DNA from: Selaginella moellendorffii
Taxonomy: Eukaryota > Plantae > Lycopodiophyta
Direction: 5' to 3'
Length of the DNA stretch: 64,000 bases
Assembly: GCF_000143415.4 (NCBI RefSeq)
Contig: NW_003314382.1
Span: 150,210-214,209, forward strand
Part shown: positions 11,378 through 22,205 of the stretch, one piece after another
Position numbering within the stretch: position 1 is the first letter of the stretch
Layout: each line of letters starts with the position of its first letter
Program-made: the position numbers and the translations under genes
The notes under the pieces: generated by a model
Told to the model about the DNA's origin: nothing
The model's database searches: none
Seen by the model: only the letters and a program-made list of their open reading frames with translations

Positions 11378-12983
11378 TCAACCAGTTGAGTGGAGCGACG
11401 TGGTATCGCTAGCACTCGGTGCACTGCTTGCCTTGAGCTGCTTGATCTCGGCAGCCGAGAGAGCCCGGTTATAAATCCTCAAGCCCGAGAGAGATCCAGT
11501 GAAGAAGTCAACGTTGTCCCGGCAGTCACACCCAAGGTAAACCGGGAGATTGGACACCAAGTTCTTCGCTTCGCCGCTGGCCGATCCGGAGAGCTCTCCA
11601 TCCACGTAGAGAAGACCCTGGTTTCCCTGCCTCACCGCCACGACATGGTGCCACCGATCGTCATTGACGGACGCCGAGGCCGAGAAACGGAATTGGTCGG
11701 CGAAGTCGCCGTACACCCAGAAGCTCGGCTTGCCACCCTCAACGTAGAGCTGATACTCGCCATTATAGCCATCGGTTGTCACCTTGCCGCTCCAGCTCCC
11801 GGGGCCTCGCTGTTGCATGATCACGCCTTTGGATCTGAAAGACGCGGCGATCTTCACCCATGCAACGAGTGTGAATGGCGTCTTGCCGCACAGCGATGCC
11901 CCGCCACCGCAGAAAACTCTCCCCGAGCCCCTGAAAGTGAGGCCGCTACTCGAGCTCCACGACGCGCCGGAGATGGCTCCCGCGGCGTTGCTGGACGAGG
12001 AATCCTTGGCGACGCTGCCGCTTCTCTCGTTCATTTCCCACCAGCCGACGAGGCCGTCGGGAGAGCCGGTGGTGGAGGGAGCTTTGGTCGGGTAGTAGAC
12101 GAACGAGTTAATCGCGCATCGCCCATAGGGGAGACCGTGGTTGCCGCGCTGGATCCTCATGTAGCCATTCTCGCCCCACGAAGTCCCCCAGGAGTTCTTG
12201 ATGATCCAGTAGTCCTCGCCCTTTTCCGAGCCATAGCCGACGATGAGGACCGCCAGCCGGGGCTTGTCCTCCGAGCAAGGTCCCTTGAAAATGCCCTGCA
12301 AGAACGAAGAACAAGTTCTCGACTCACACTCTTTGGATGAATGGAAAGTAGGAACTTACACTCTTGTACTTCTTGAAAGCGTCAGCGTCTCCGTCCACTA
12401 GAGCTGTCACTGGCTGCTTGGCTACGCGCTCGACCATCTCGGCGTCGCTGCTGGAACCCCAGACGTTGTCAAAGCTGTCGATAGTGACCACGAGACCATC
12501 CTACAAAATAAGATACCATCATCGAGATCATGGATAGCTTTCGATCGAGGCTAACCTTCTTCTTGCAAGAGCCAGAGCTTCCAGTGAAAGGATAGTCCGC
12601 CTCCTTGTGCAAGCCGGCACCCTCCTCGAGATAGGGGAAGCTGTTCTGGGGGAAGCCTTTGCTACAACCCGAGTTCCCATAGGCCGTGTCACAGTCGAGG
12701 AGCTGCTGGGCCGAGAGGTCCACGAGCTGTCCAGTCGCAATGTAGTGGACTCCTTCCACGGCAGCAGCAGTTGCAAATGCCCAGCTCCCATCTGGAACTC
12801 GATCCATGAATCAAACCCATGAGAAACTCTTGTAAGAAGCTCACCTGAGCAGTTGTTTCCAAGGGATTTCACTGGCGTCACAGCACCCCTGGCTCGCCAG
12901 TCGATGGACGCTGGAGCAGCAGCGAAAGCTTTCGCCGCAGCAGCGATGAGTACAAGGAGAAGGACTCCACAGGACGATTCCAT
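11378..12983 (-). CDS. Secreted papain-like (C1A) pseudo-protease without prodomain, fused to a LamG/concanavalin A-like domain; exons 12983-12845, 12791-12556, 12500-12360, 12295-11378
   Basis: Signal peptide runs directly into [16 protein letters not shown], then [31 protein letters not shown] and [17 protein letters not shown]. The same exon continues into [13 protein letters not shown]...WHHVVAV...LYVDG...[26 protein letters not shown] lies 36 nt upstream (13019-13024). Confidence 0.85.
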
Positions 12984-13304
12984 GCCTGCAATGGATGATC
13001 CAAGATATCCACACTGGATTTATACTAGAGCTTCGTATGCCCACGCGAGAAATGTGACCTCTGTCTCCCTTACACAAACAGAGGGAAGAAAAACAAAGCT
13101 TTATCTTCCCACGAGAGTCACGAGCTCGGACATTCATGCCTTCGAGAACGATTTGTATCTCCTCACGACTAAAGTTGAAAGTGAAATCTCATTAAAATCC
13201 ACCTCCCATGATCTTCAGCATGGAAGAGATATGGACGTATAGAAAATTACAACCTTTTTATGTCACAACTATCTGTCAAAACTTTGGAGAGTTGGGGACT
13301 TGCT

Positions 13305-14996
13305 CTAGCTGAGATTGGTGACGCGAAGAAGTGCCTTGACAGGCCTGTGATCGGAACTCCGCAAAGAATCGATTGACTGATAGTTGTCAACATCCAGGCT
13401 GATAGAGCTTTCATCTCTAATCTTGATAAGAATTCTATCTGTCCAGGATGGAACCCTTTCCTGATCGTAAACATCACAAGAAATTGTGAGCTGCAAATAT
13501 CCATAGCAGAAATATTCACAAACCTTGCCACTCGTATCATAGTCGTCCGTTCCAACATCGTACTTGTAAGTTGGCTTAAACTCGAGAGGTCCTTCCACGA
13601 ATCCATTAAAGACCTCGCCTTTGTCCACTGCGTTGAAGAGCTGATCGCGTTTCCATAGCAGCTGTGATCCACAGGGAAGAAACCATGAAAACCAGAGAGG
13701 AAAGATTCTGTATCGTACCTTCTCAAGGTTTTGTTTCACGAACGATTTGACGAGACCTCTGCTGCCTTCGATTCTATAGTTTAGATCTCCGAGCCAGACC
13801 ACAACGTCGGACTCGTCCATGAAGTTGCTGCCGGGCTGTTCTTGTGAGGTGCTCGGCGGCGAAAAGATCTTCTGCCGGGTTCGCGAGTACTGAACGTGCC
13901 TCTCGTTCACCTTCTTCTCGTGAGCTGTGTTTTCGTGTTTAGAAACAGTTTTTGGAAGCAAATTCTTCTTTCTTACCGGCAAAGTGGGACGCAATGAAGA
14001 GGAAGGATGAATTGCCGATACAAAAGGACGCGGCTACAGCGCCTTTCTGCCTTCCTACAACTCCACCAAAGCCCTTGAATCGAACTTTATCAACTTTCTT
14101 GGCTGTTTGGCCGTGGGAAGCAAGAAAAACAAACAAACTCTCCAGTGAGTTCAGGAAAAAAGAATGAAAAAAAATATTCATTAGCGGAAAAAGTCAGCCA
14201 AGCTTACCGGATATGTGATGTTGCAGCCAACATTTCCCGAACACGTAGAGCTGCAGCGAGCCCATCACTGACTTTGCCACAAAGCTGTGCGGAAAAGAGC
14301 CACCAAGTCAAAATCCCATCTCTCGAGAAATCAGTTGACATTTGTGTCACTGGAGGAACACACAAATCTAAAGAACCGAAAACATTGCTACGCTATGGCT
14401 AGAAATGGGAAAGATCACACTCCCTACGAAAGAAAGAAGCATACCTGTACTGTTTGCCGAGAATGGGATGGAGAACACGCCTCAGCGAAGAAACTGGCGA
14501 TTCTTGGATCCCAATCACGTATAAGTCGTAGTCACCTCTCCCGTTTTCTAGAAGCTTGGGAAGAGAGTCGTGTGGGATCTGGGAGTCACAGTGTAAGAAC
14601 AAAAAGGAACATTGAGAGATTCGATGTTCATACCTTGCCATTCATGTTCCAAGTCACGGCATAGATCCGGAGATTGAAGGATGCTGTTGAATCTTCTACT
14701 GCCGCGACTGCCGCTGGATGATCATGAATCGGGAGGTGATCGCTCGAGGAGATGGAAGTCTTGCACGAGTGGAAACTATCCAAGGAATTGTCCTCCAGAG
14801 GTTGACCCGATACCGCGTCGTTCTCCTCCATGTCTCCAAGCTCCTGGGATTGGACGAGGATCATCCTCGCGTTGTTCCTCGTTGAGGACGAGGCCAGCCT
14901 GAGAAGACCACTGTCCCTGAACGAGCCAACGATGTGGTCCTTTCTCGACGATCTCAAGAGCAGTCTCTTGACCAGCCCCTTGAAACGCCTGCGCAT
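13305..14996 (-). CDS. Inositol polyphosphate 5-phosphatase (5PTase11-like), multi-exon; start codon uncertain
   Basis: YAVTWNMNGK, DLYVIGIQE, FIASHF, WLGDLNYRI, PTYKY, VPSWTDRIL and SSDHRPV motifs occur across GT-AG-bounded exons. Confidence 0.88.
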
Positions 14997-15925
14997 GACC
15001 AGGCTGGATCGGCGGATCGCGGAACTGGGCTGCTGGGAAACGATGATGGGCTCCCGAATTCCTCCAAAGGGTCGCTGGATCGGCCTCCAAGATCGCAAGA
15101 GGAAAGGGATCTCCCTTTGCGAGGTGTCGAGAAGGGAAGATGTGAAGTGATCTCGAAGAACTTTTATCTGCTTGTGTTGTGTGTCACCAGGACAAAGGAA
15201 AGATCGATCGCAACGAAAAAGAATAGAAAACGAGCAAGCGCTACGAAACGAGAAACAAGCTTGTGACCAGCTATGGTGTGCGGCCGCAGGAGTTTACAGT
15301 GTTTGTGTGGTTCACAAAAAGAAGAAAAACGCGTCGTACATATGGCGCCGTACCGAAAAATTGTCTTTTTTCTTGTTCTGCGAGGCGACTGGATATCCTA
15401 CTCGGTTGTTTCGTCAGCCCGCGCATCACCAGTTTTGCGTCGTTTCAAAGTTTGGAATGGTCGTGCCTCCTGACTGGACGAGTGTCTTAAAAGAATCAAG
15501 CGAATCTTTGGTTTCCTCTACTCTATTCTTACCCGTAAAGTTTCCCGAAAGAGATTGCCTGCTGCTCTGGTTGTCTGTGGGATGGATTGCGTCCATCTTC
15601 TTCTTGCATCACTAGGACCCTACAAAGATCTGGAAAGAAAAGGTCAGTCCTCGTGTGCTCTTTGGTGTTCTTCTCGAAAGTCATGAGTCACTTTGGACAT
15701 CGGCCGACCCTGTGCAGCTGTGATAAAAGTACCCAGACGTCGATGAAGTGGTCATCACCATCAAAACGTCCCAATCGTTGCCTTTGTCGTCCAAATCTGC
15801 GAGAGCACTGATCATTTCGACACCCAAATGGAAAAGAAAGGAAGTGAAAACACTCACCTCTTCAAAACTGGCGGCCTGAAGTCGGCGGCCTCACGCGCAT
15901 CCAAGAAGGAAGAAGGAACCGCGCC

Positions 15926-17641
15926 TTAACTGGAAGAAAACTTGAGAACGTTTGCGAGAAGCGAGTATCCAGACGAGCAGCCGGGACTGGACTGGATCAC
16001 ACGCAGCGCAGCTCTAGCTCCACGCCTGGCATCGGCTTGGATCTTACAAGAGCTCAGCAAGCTCTGCCATCCCGCTAGGTGTGGAGCCAGGGAAGGCAAG
16101 CTGTTTAGCACCTCCTCAGCCTCCTCCAGCCTTCCTGCTCGTCCCAAGATATCCACAATGCAGTTGTAGTGCTCCTGTTCCACTGCCACTCCACGCTCCA
16201 CCATGACACTAAAGAAGTAGAGTGCCTCGTCCACGAGCCCCGTGTGGGAGCAAGCGTGGAGGATCCGGCAGAACATCACGCTGTCAAGCTTGATCCCTTC
16301 CAGATCGACCCTGTAAAACTCCTCGAGAGCCTCCCTTCCAGCTCCGATGAACGAGTAAGCCACCACCACGAAGCTCCAGGAGAGGCTCTCCTGCCGAGGA
16401 ACCGTCTGGAACAATCTCCTCGCCTCGGATATGTGTCCCTTCTCGGCGTAGGCCACCACCATGATCATCCACGAAACCATGTTTTGGAGCGGCATTGCCT
16501 CGAAAGCTTGCATCGCCCTCTTGATATGCCCGAGCTGCGCATAGGCCATGATCGCGCCAACCCACGAAAGAGCGTTGCGTTGCGGCATGGTCTCGAAAAC
16601 TTCCATGGCCTCGTCGAGTTTTCCAGCCGAGGAGAATCCTTGCAGAAAAACGTTCCAGGAAACGATGCTCCAAGCTGGGATTTTCTCAAACACCACCTTT
16701 GCCAGATCCATATACCCGAACTGGGCATACGCTCCAGAGACGGTGTTCCAGGACACCACATTCCTCTGCGTCATTCCATCGAAGAAGATCTTCGCTTCCT
16801 CCAGGTTCCCACTCTGGGCATAGACGTCCAGCATCGCGCTCTCGATCACCACGCTCTTCGCAGGAATGCGATCAAAGAGGCCTCGCGCCTCCTCGATTCG
16901 TTTCGTCTGCGCGAAGGCCCCGATCAATAGCGAGCACGAAAACTCGCAGTGCTGTGGCATGCGATCGAAAGTCGCGAGCACCGCCCTCCAGTATCGATCG
17001 TAAGCATACGCCGAGAGGAGCGTGTCCCAGGAGATAGCGTCCTTCTCAGGCATAGCTATAAAGAAGCTCCTCGCTTCTCTGGAATGCCCAGTCTGGGCAT
17101 ATGCTGCAAGCATCGCATTCGTGGATGATCTCGTCCACTCCGGCATCCTCTCGAAGATCTCTTCGGATTTACTAGCGTCACGCAGCTCCGAGTATGCCGC
17201 AAGCATGATCGTCCAGGACACGGCATCCCTCCTCTCCATCAGATCAAACAGCCGCCGCGCATCGCCCAGATTCCCGTCAAGAACATGCGCCTGGACGATC
17301 GCGTTCCACGCCACCACATCCCTCTGCGGCATCTCCCGGAAAATCTCTCGCGCTGCCTCCACGAATCCGTTCTGGGCGTAGGCATTCAAGATGATCGTCC
17401 AGGAGAAGAGATTCGGCTGCACGATTGCGTCGAAGACGCCGCGCGCTTCTTCCACCATGCCAAGTTTGCCATACATCTCCACCACCAGATTCGCGAGATA
17501 CCTGTTCTTGATCTGGCCGCTCTGGAGAATCCGACGATGCAGCCATTGCGCCTGGAGGAAATCCCTAACATCGCCACACAGCCGCACCGCCCTCGCGAAG
17601 AAATCCACATTCTCAAGAACCCTAAAACATGGGCGCCACAT
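15926..17641 (-). CDS. PLS-class PPR protein (E, no DYW)
   Basis: 571-aa intronless ORF with a YLANLVVEMYGK cap, tandem 31-aa PPR repeats and HYNCIVDILGRAG...YSLLAN end. Confidence 0.9.
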   Translation of the reverse strand: MWRPCFRVLENVDFFARAVRLCGDVRDFLQAQWLHRRILQSGQIKNRYLANLVVEMYGKLGMVEEARGVFDAIVQPNLFSWTIILNAYAQNGFVEAAREIFREMPQRDVVAWNAIVQAHVLDGNLGDARRLFDLMERRDAVSWTIMLAAYSELRDASKSEEIFERMPEWTRSSTNAMLAAYAQTGHSREARSFFIAMPEKDAISWDTLLSAYAYDRYWRAVLATFDRMPQHCEFSCSLLIGAFAQTKRIEEARGLFDRIPAKSVVIESAMLDVYAQSGNLEEAKIFFDGMTQRNVVSWNTVSGAYAQFGYMDLAKVVFEKIPAWSIVSWNVFLQGFSSAGKLDEAMEVFETMPQRNALSWVGAIMAYAQLGHIKRAMQAFEAMPLQNMVSWMIMVVAYAEKGHISEARRLFQTVPRQESLSWSFVVVAYSFIGAGREALEEFYRVDLEGIKLDSVMFCRILHACSHTGLVDEALYFFSVMVERGVAVEQEHYNCIVDILGRAGRLEEAEEVLNSLPSLAPHLAGWQSLLSSCKIQADARRGARAALRVIQSSPGCSSGYSLLANVLKFSSS

Positions 17642-17768
17642 TGGCGCCCAATTAGCATTCCATGTGGCAAACTTCCTTGATCCACGTCACTAAACTGGAA
17701 TTCCACGTCAACTCAGTTTTACAAGTACGCGCCACATCAGACAACACTTTGCCCTAAACCATGCTCCA

Positions 17769-19349
17769 ATGGCGGTGGGCGTGCGAATGCCTCCCGGGAA
17801 CTACAACCTCGAGTTCACGGGCGTCACAGACCCCTTGGATCTCACAGATCTCGCGCTCTACGCTCGGATCATCCGATCGTGTGGGGCTTCCAGGGATTTG
17901 GCAGCGGCCCGGCGAGCCCACGACAAGATCCTCGCGACCAAGCACAAGAGCAGCCTCTACCTCAACAATCTCCTCATCGAGATGTATGGCAAGTGTGGCA
18001 GCATCGAATCCGCGCGCCGCGTCTTCGACGCCATCGAATCCCCGAACGAGTTCTCCTGGGGGATCATCCTCAACGCGAGCGTCCAAAACGGGCATTTGCA
18101 AGCGGCCAAGGCCCTGTTCGCTCGGATGCCCGAGCACTCGGTTGTGACTTGCAACACCGTGATCACGGCTCTCGCGGAGAATGGATACCTGGAAAACGCG
18201 AGAGATCTCTTCGAGACAATGCCCGACCGAGACATTGTCACCTGGAACTCGATGATCCAGGCGTTTGCTCTTGGTGGGCGATTGGCCGATGCGAAGGAGG
18301 TGTTCGATCGGATGCCCCAGCGCGATCTAATCTCGTGGGCGACGATGATCACCGCTTATGCCAACCTTGGGGAGCTCCATGATGCCGTGACGATGTTTGA
18401 GAAGGCGCCAGAGGCGAGCGTTATAACCTCAACCTCCATTGTCCAAGCATATGCCCAAGCCGGGCATCTCTCACGGGCTAGAGATGCTTTCGACGCGATG
18501 CCGTTCAAAAACATCGTGACGTGGACGACTATGATCGTGTCGTACGCAGAGTACGGGCAGCTAGAGGAATGTAAACGCCTGTTTGAGAAGATGCCAGAGA
18601 GAGACATAGTGGCATGGACGGCACTAATGTCATCTTATGCCCAGAATGGGCATATTGAAGAAGCGAAGAAGTTCTTCAATGGAATGCCAGAGAAGAGTCT
18701 GGTGGCGTTTAACACAATGATCACTGGATTTGTGTTCTGTGGCGAGCTTGATCAGGCGAGAGAAGTCTTTGACGCAATGCCTGATCGAAACATCGTTTCC
18801 TGGACAGCGGTTGTTGCAGCATATGCTCAGACTGGTCATTTGTGGATTGGGCAGAGGCTCTTCGATGAAATGCCAGAACGCAATATCGTGACTTGGAACA
18901 CCATGATCTACGCCTACGCCGAGAATCGAAAGTCAAGAATCTCGCTGGAGCTCTTCCGAAAGATTGACCAAGAGGGACTAGAGCCCAATCCCACGACAAT
19001 GCTTGGCGTACTCACGGCGTGCTGCCATATGGGGCTGCTGGACGAGAGCCAAAGCCAGTTTCTATCGATGAAGCCGGACAGATCGATCGAGCCGGGGTCC
19101 GAGCACTATTGCTGCATGATCACGCTGCTAGGGACGTCGGGCAAAATCCGGGATGCTGAGGAGCTCGTGGATACAATGCCATTCCAGCCGGATGTGACAA
19201 TGTGGACGTCGCTGCTTGGCTGCTCCAAGATCCACGGCGATGCGACGCCTGGGGAGAGAGCTGCGAGACAAGCGTCTGGGTTGATCCCAAGAAACTCTTC
19301 TCCGTACTTGCTGTTGTCTAGCATGATACAAACCAAGACAGGGTCTTGA
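17769..19349 (+). CDS. PLS-class PPR protein (E, no DYW)
   Basis: 526-aa intronless ORF with YLNNLLIEMYGKCGS, SS-like repeats and HYCCMITLLG...PYLLLS end. Confidence 0.9.
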   Translation: MAVGVRMPPGNYNLEFTGVTDPLDLTDLALYARIIRSCGASRDLAAARRAHDKILATKHKSSLYLNNLLIEMYGKCGSIESARRVFDAIESPNEFSWGIILNASVQNGHLQAAKALFARMPEHSVVTCNTVITALAENGYLENARDLFETMPDRDIVTWNSMIQAFALGGRLADAKEVFDRMPQRDLISWATMITAYANLGELHDAVTMFEKAPEASVITSTSIVQAYAQAGHLSRARDAFDAMPFKNIVTWTTMIVSYAEYGQLEECKRLFEKMPERDIVAWTALMSSYAQNGHIEEAKKFFNGMPEKSLVAFNTMITGFVFCGELDQAREVFDAMPDRNIVSWTAVVAAYAQTGHLWIGQRLFDEMPERNIVTWNTMIYAYAENRKSRISLELFRKIDQEGLEPNPTTMLGVLTACCHMGLLDESQSQFLSMKPDRSIEPGSEHYCCMITLLGTSGKIRDAEELVDTMPFQPDVTMWTSLLGCSKIHGDATPGERAARQASGLIPRNSSPYLLLSSMIQTKTGS

Positions 19350-19417
19350 CTGACGTTGACCAGTCGTGAGTTGACCAGACTTTGCTAACAATCCAATCTC
19401 CAAAAACTCCCTACTTG

Positions 19418-21360
19418 CACAAGGGACACCATTGTAGTTGCAGTGGAACTCAAGGAAGGAGTGACCAGCATCACTTCCAATATCTCTTCTAGCCTCTTAG
19501 CAACGTCGCTCATAGTTGGCCTAGGTACACTCCAAACTAAGTTTCACTGCATCGTATAAAGGCTCCAGCTGTGAGGCACTGTCATATCTCTCGAAGAATC
19601 GGCTTCTTGCGGGAGAGTAACTCTAGAAGAACCACTCCAAAGCTGTAAACATCGCTCTTGGCTGTGAGGCGGAGAGAGGAACCATACTCGGGATCCAAGT
19701 AACCGGGTGTGCCAGCGATTGTGCTGGTTGTTCCACTGGCTTCAGTTTCTTCGAGTGAGCGAAGGCCAAAGTTCGAGTCATGTCGAGAAGGATGTTTGAT
19801 GATTTCACGTCCCTGTGAATGATGCTTGGTGATGCATACCTGTGAAGATCGAGCTGCCTGTTCAGCGGTTCTTATCAGTCCAATGGTGGCGTTTTGGTTT
19901 ATATATTTTGAGAAAGAGTTTCTTTGGGCATGAACTCAAAGCTGTCCACCTCACAGTATCCAATCCAGTTCACCAGGCATGAGTGGTGAGCTCTCGCGAG
20001 GATCTGCAGTTCATTCTTAAACATTTTCTCTGACCTGATAAATTGGTTTCATCAGGGAGAGATCAACATTGAGTTTAATCAAGTACCTGTTAGACAGCTT
20101 CGCTTGCTTGATAGCAACCTCCTGACCATTCTGGAGCATTCCAGCACCCTTGCTTAAAAGCATTTCATCGCTGTAGTTGTTAGTTGCTAGTTGCCTCTCT
20201 CAGCTCTGCTGAGGAGATATACAGTATGTCGTTCCTACGTTCTCAATGTTAGCAAGCATTTCTAGCTTCCTCTTTTTCATGTATGTAAAACAAAAAGTAG
20301 CCATGACCATGAGCCCAAACGCAACATTATTAACGTGATGATCACACACAATAGCATAAGGGATAGTTTTCTCTGGTTCTTAACCTTGATGAGAAGCCAA
20401 AGATGGCTTCCCACACCCACGATCAGTTTCGATCCCACACGGAACAAGCTCAATATCATCACCAGTACACACTGAACACTCCAAGCACACCCCATCTGTT
20501 AGCGATGGACACCCATACTTAGAAGTCTGGTATTGATCCTTGCGACACCGACTTAACTTCCCAATACTTGCTTGTATCCTCCCAAGAACTCCTAAACGCC
20601 CATCCCGCGTCAACCACAGGTATAATAGTCGCCCAGCTGAAATGGCTGCAAAGGAGACATTTTTTGGAGCTTTGAGCTGATAAACATTGTTTTGTCCACT
20701 CCACCTGGTGACTATCCGCTCGTATGCCACACATATGGTAGCATCCTCCAGATACGCTCGAGAATCTAAGAACAGATGGAGCGTAAGTGTACGAAGCATC
20801 TATTCCCCAGCAAAGTATATATCTTGTGGAACTTGTTATCCCACATATGGAGTAGCCTCCCGCGAACAGAGATACGAAGGCTCCATTGTCACGATCTGGT
20901 TGTGGTATAGGAGACAGATGGCCTCAACAAGTTATCTTCCCATCTTGGGTCAGGCCACAGGAACAATCTATTCCCGATGAGACTGACTCGAATGGCTGGT
21001 CACTCATAGGTCAACAGCCCCCAGCAGTTGATTTACTGTCGTCGCTCGGGGTCTCACAACAGTGGCTCTTGCAACAATTCAAGCTTGTAGAGCTCCCGTT
21101 TTCTAGAGTAGGTGGTTATTCCGTTTTATTGGAATCTATAAACCACAGAGCAGCCCACATATAAATCCAGATCTTCCGGAGGTAACCAAGAGCTTCTTGT
21201 CCGGAGGTATTGCCATTAGTGGTATATATTTTCCTAAGCAGATTGGCTGTAAGGACTTGGCTTGTGAAACACATATGAAACTGATTGTGGCCATAGATCC
21301 AAAACCTATCACAGGAGAAAAATGGAGCAAAGTTACTAATGAAACAAATGAAATCTTAGT
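19418..21360 (-). pseudogene. Degenerate copy of the CRINKLY4-like receptor kinase at 22206-24405
   Basis: Long near-identical blocks shared with the intact copy (e.g. CRKDQYQTSKYGCPSLTD.VCLECSVCTGDDIELVPCG; [24 protein letters not shown] at DNA level), broken by many deletions and frameshifts. Confidence 0.88.
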
Positions 21361-21599
21361 TAGAGACGCATACACCAAATGGCAGTTCTTGTGAAATTGG
21401 CTGAAAAACCTTTAACAGACCCAATACTTTTATTCTAATAAATATGTGAAGAAAACGTTAAAAAGGTTAAAAATTACCGCCATGCCGCCAGCGCTTCCTC
21501 TGGCCGGGGTGACGTTTTTTCTGGGCCATTCCTCTAGGAGCGCTCTGGCCAGCGGCTGCCAGCTATGGTTGAGATCGCCGCATCAACGGATAAATCAAT

Positions 21600-22085
21600 G
21601 CTAGATCACGCTTCTCGCGCACTAGTGTCATCTTGTGAAGAAGCGAGGTAAGTTTCTCAATGACGCGTGGTTTATATTTGGTGGCGACCTTGAGAAGTGT
21701 TCAACGCTCTTCTGAACAGCTATTGTTATGCTCAGACAGGCCATCTGTGGATTGGCCGGAGACTCTTCGATGAAATGCCGGAACGCAATATCGTGAGATG
21801 AAACACCATGAGAACATCAAGAATCTGGCTGAAGTCTTCCGATGAGGAGTGATTGGAGGCCAATTCTACGACAATGCTGGGCGTGGTCAAGTATGGGGCT
21901 ACTGGACGAGAGCCAGGGCCAGTTTCAATCGGTGAAGCCGGACAGATCAATTGAACACTATTGCTGCATGATCACGCTGGGGACGTCCTCGTGCCGTGTG
22001 ACAATGTGCTGGGCTTCCAAGATCCACGGGGACGCGACGCCAGCTGCGAGATAAGTGTCAACCATACTTGCTGTTGTCTAGCGTG
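21600..22085 (+). pseudogene. Deleted/frameshifted copy of the 3' part of PPR 17769-19349
   Basis: Shares ctcttcgatgaaatgcc.gaacgcaatatcgtga, ggacgagagcca...gaagccggacagatc and cactattgctgcatgatcacgct with the intact PPR. No long ORF. Confidence 0.85.
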
Positions 22086-22205
22086 GTATTACTTGCGTTG
22101 ACTAGTCGACGAATGAGTTGACTTCGTGTCAGTTGACCAGACCGGGAAAACCAGTGCTGGTGAAAAATCTCTCGGTAGACAAAGATACCATATGATTACC
22201 ATTTG

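Noticed and set aside
11390-12340. 316-aa plus-strand ORF, and similar long antisense or shifted ORFs over PPR/UGT genes (e.g. 44243-45178, 44472-45317, 16169-16930)
   Set aside because: Shadow ORFs of GC-rich coding sequence with no recognisable motifs.
15150-15900. Short ORFs between the 5-phosphatase and the PPR
   Set aside because: No recognisable domain. Likely UTR or promoter sequence.
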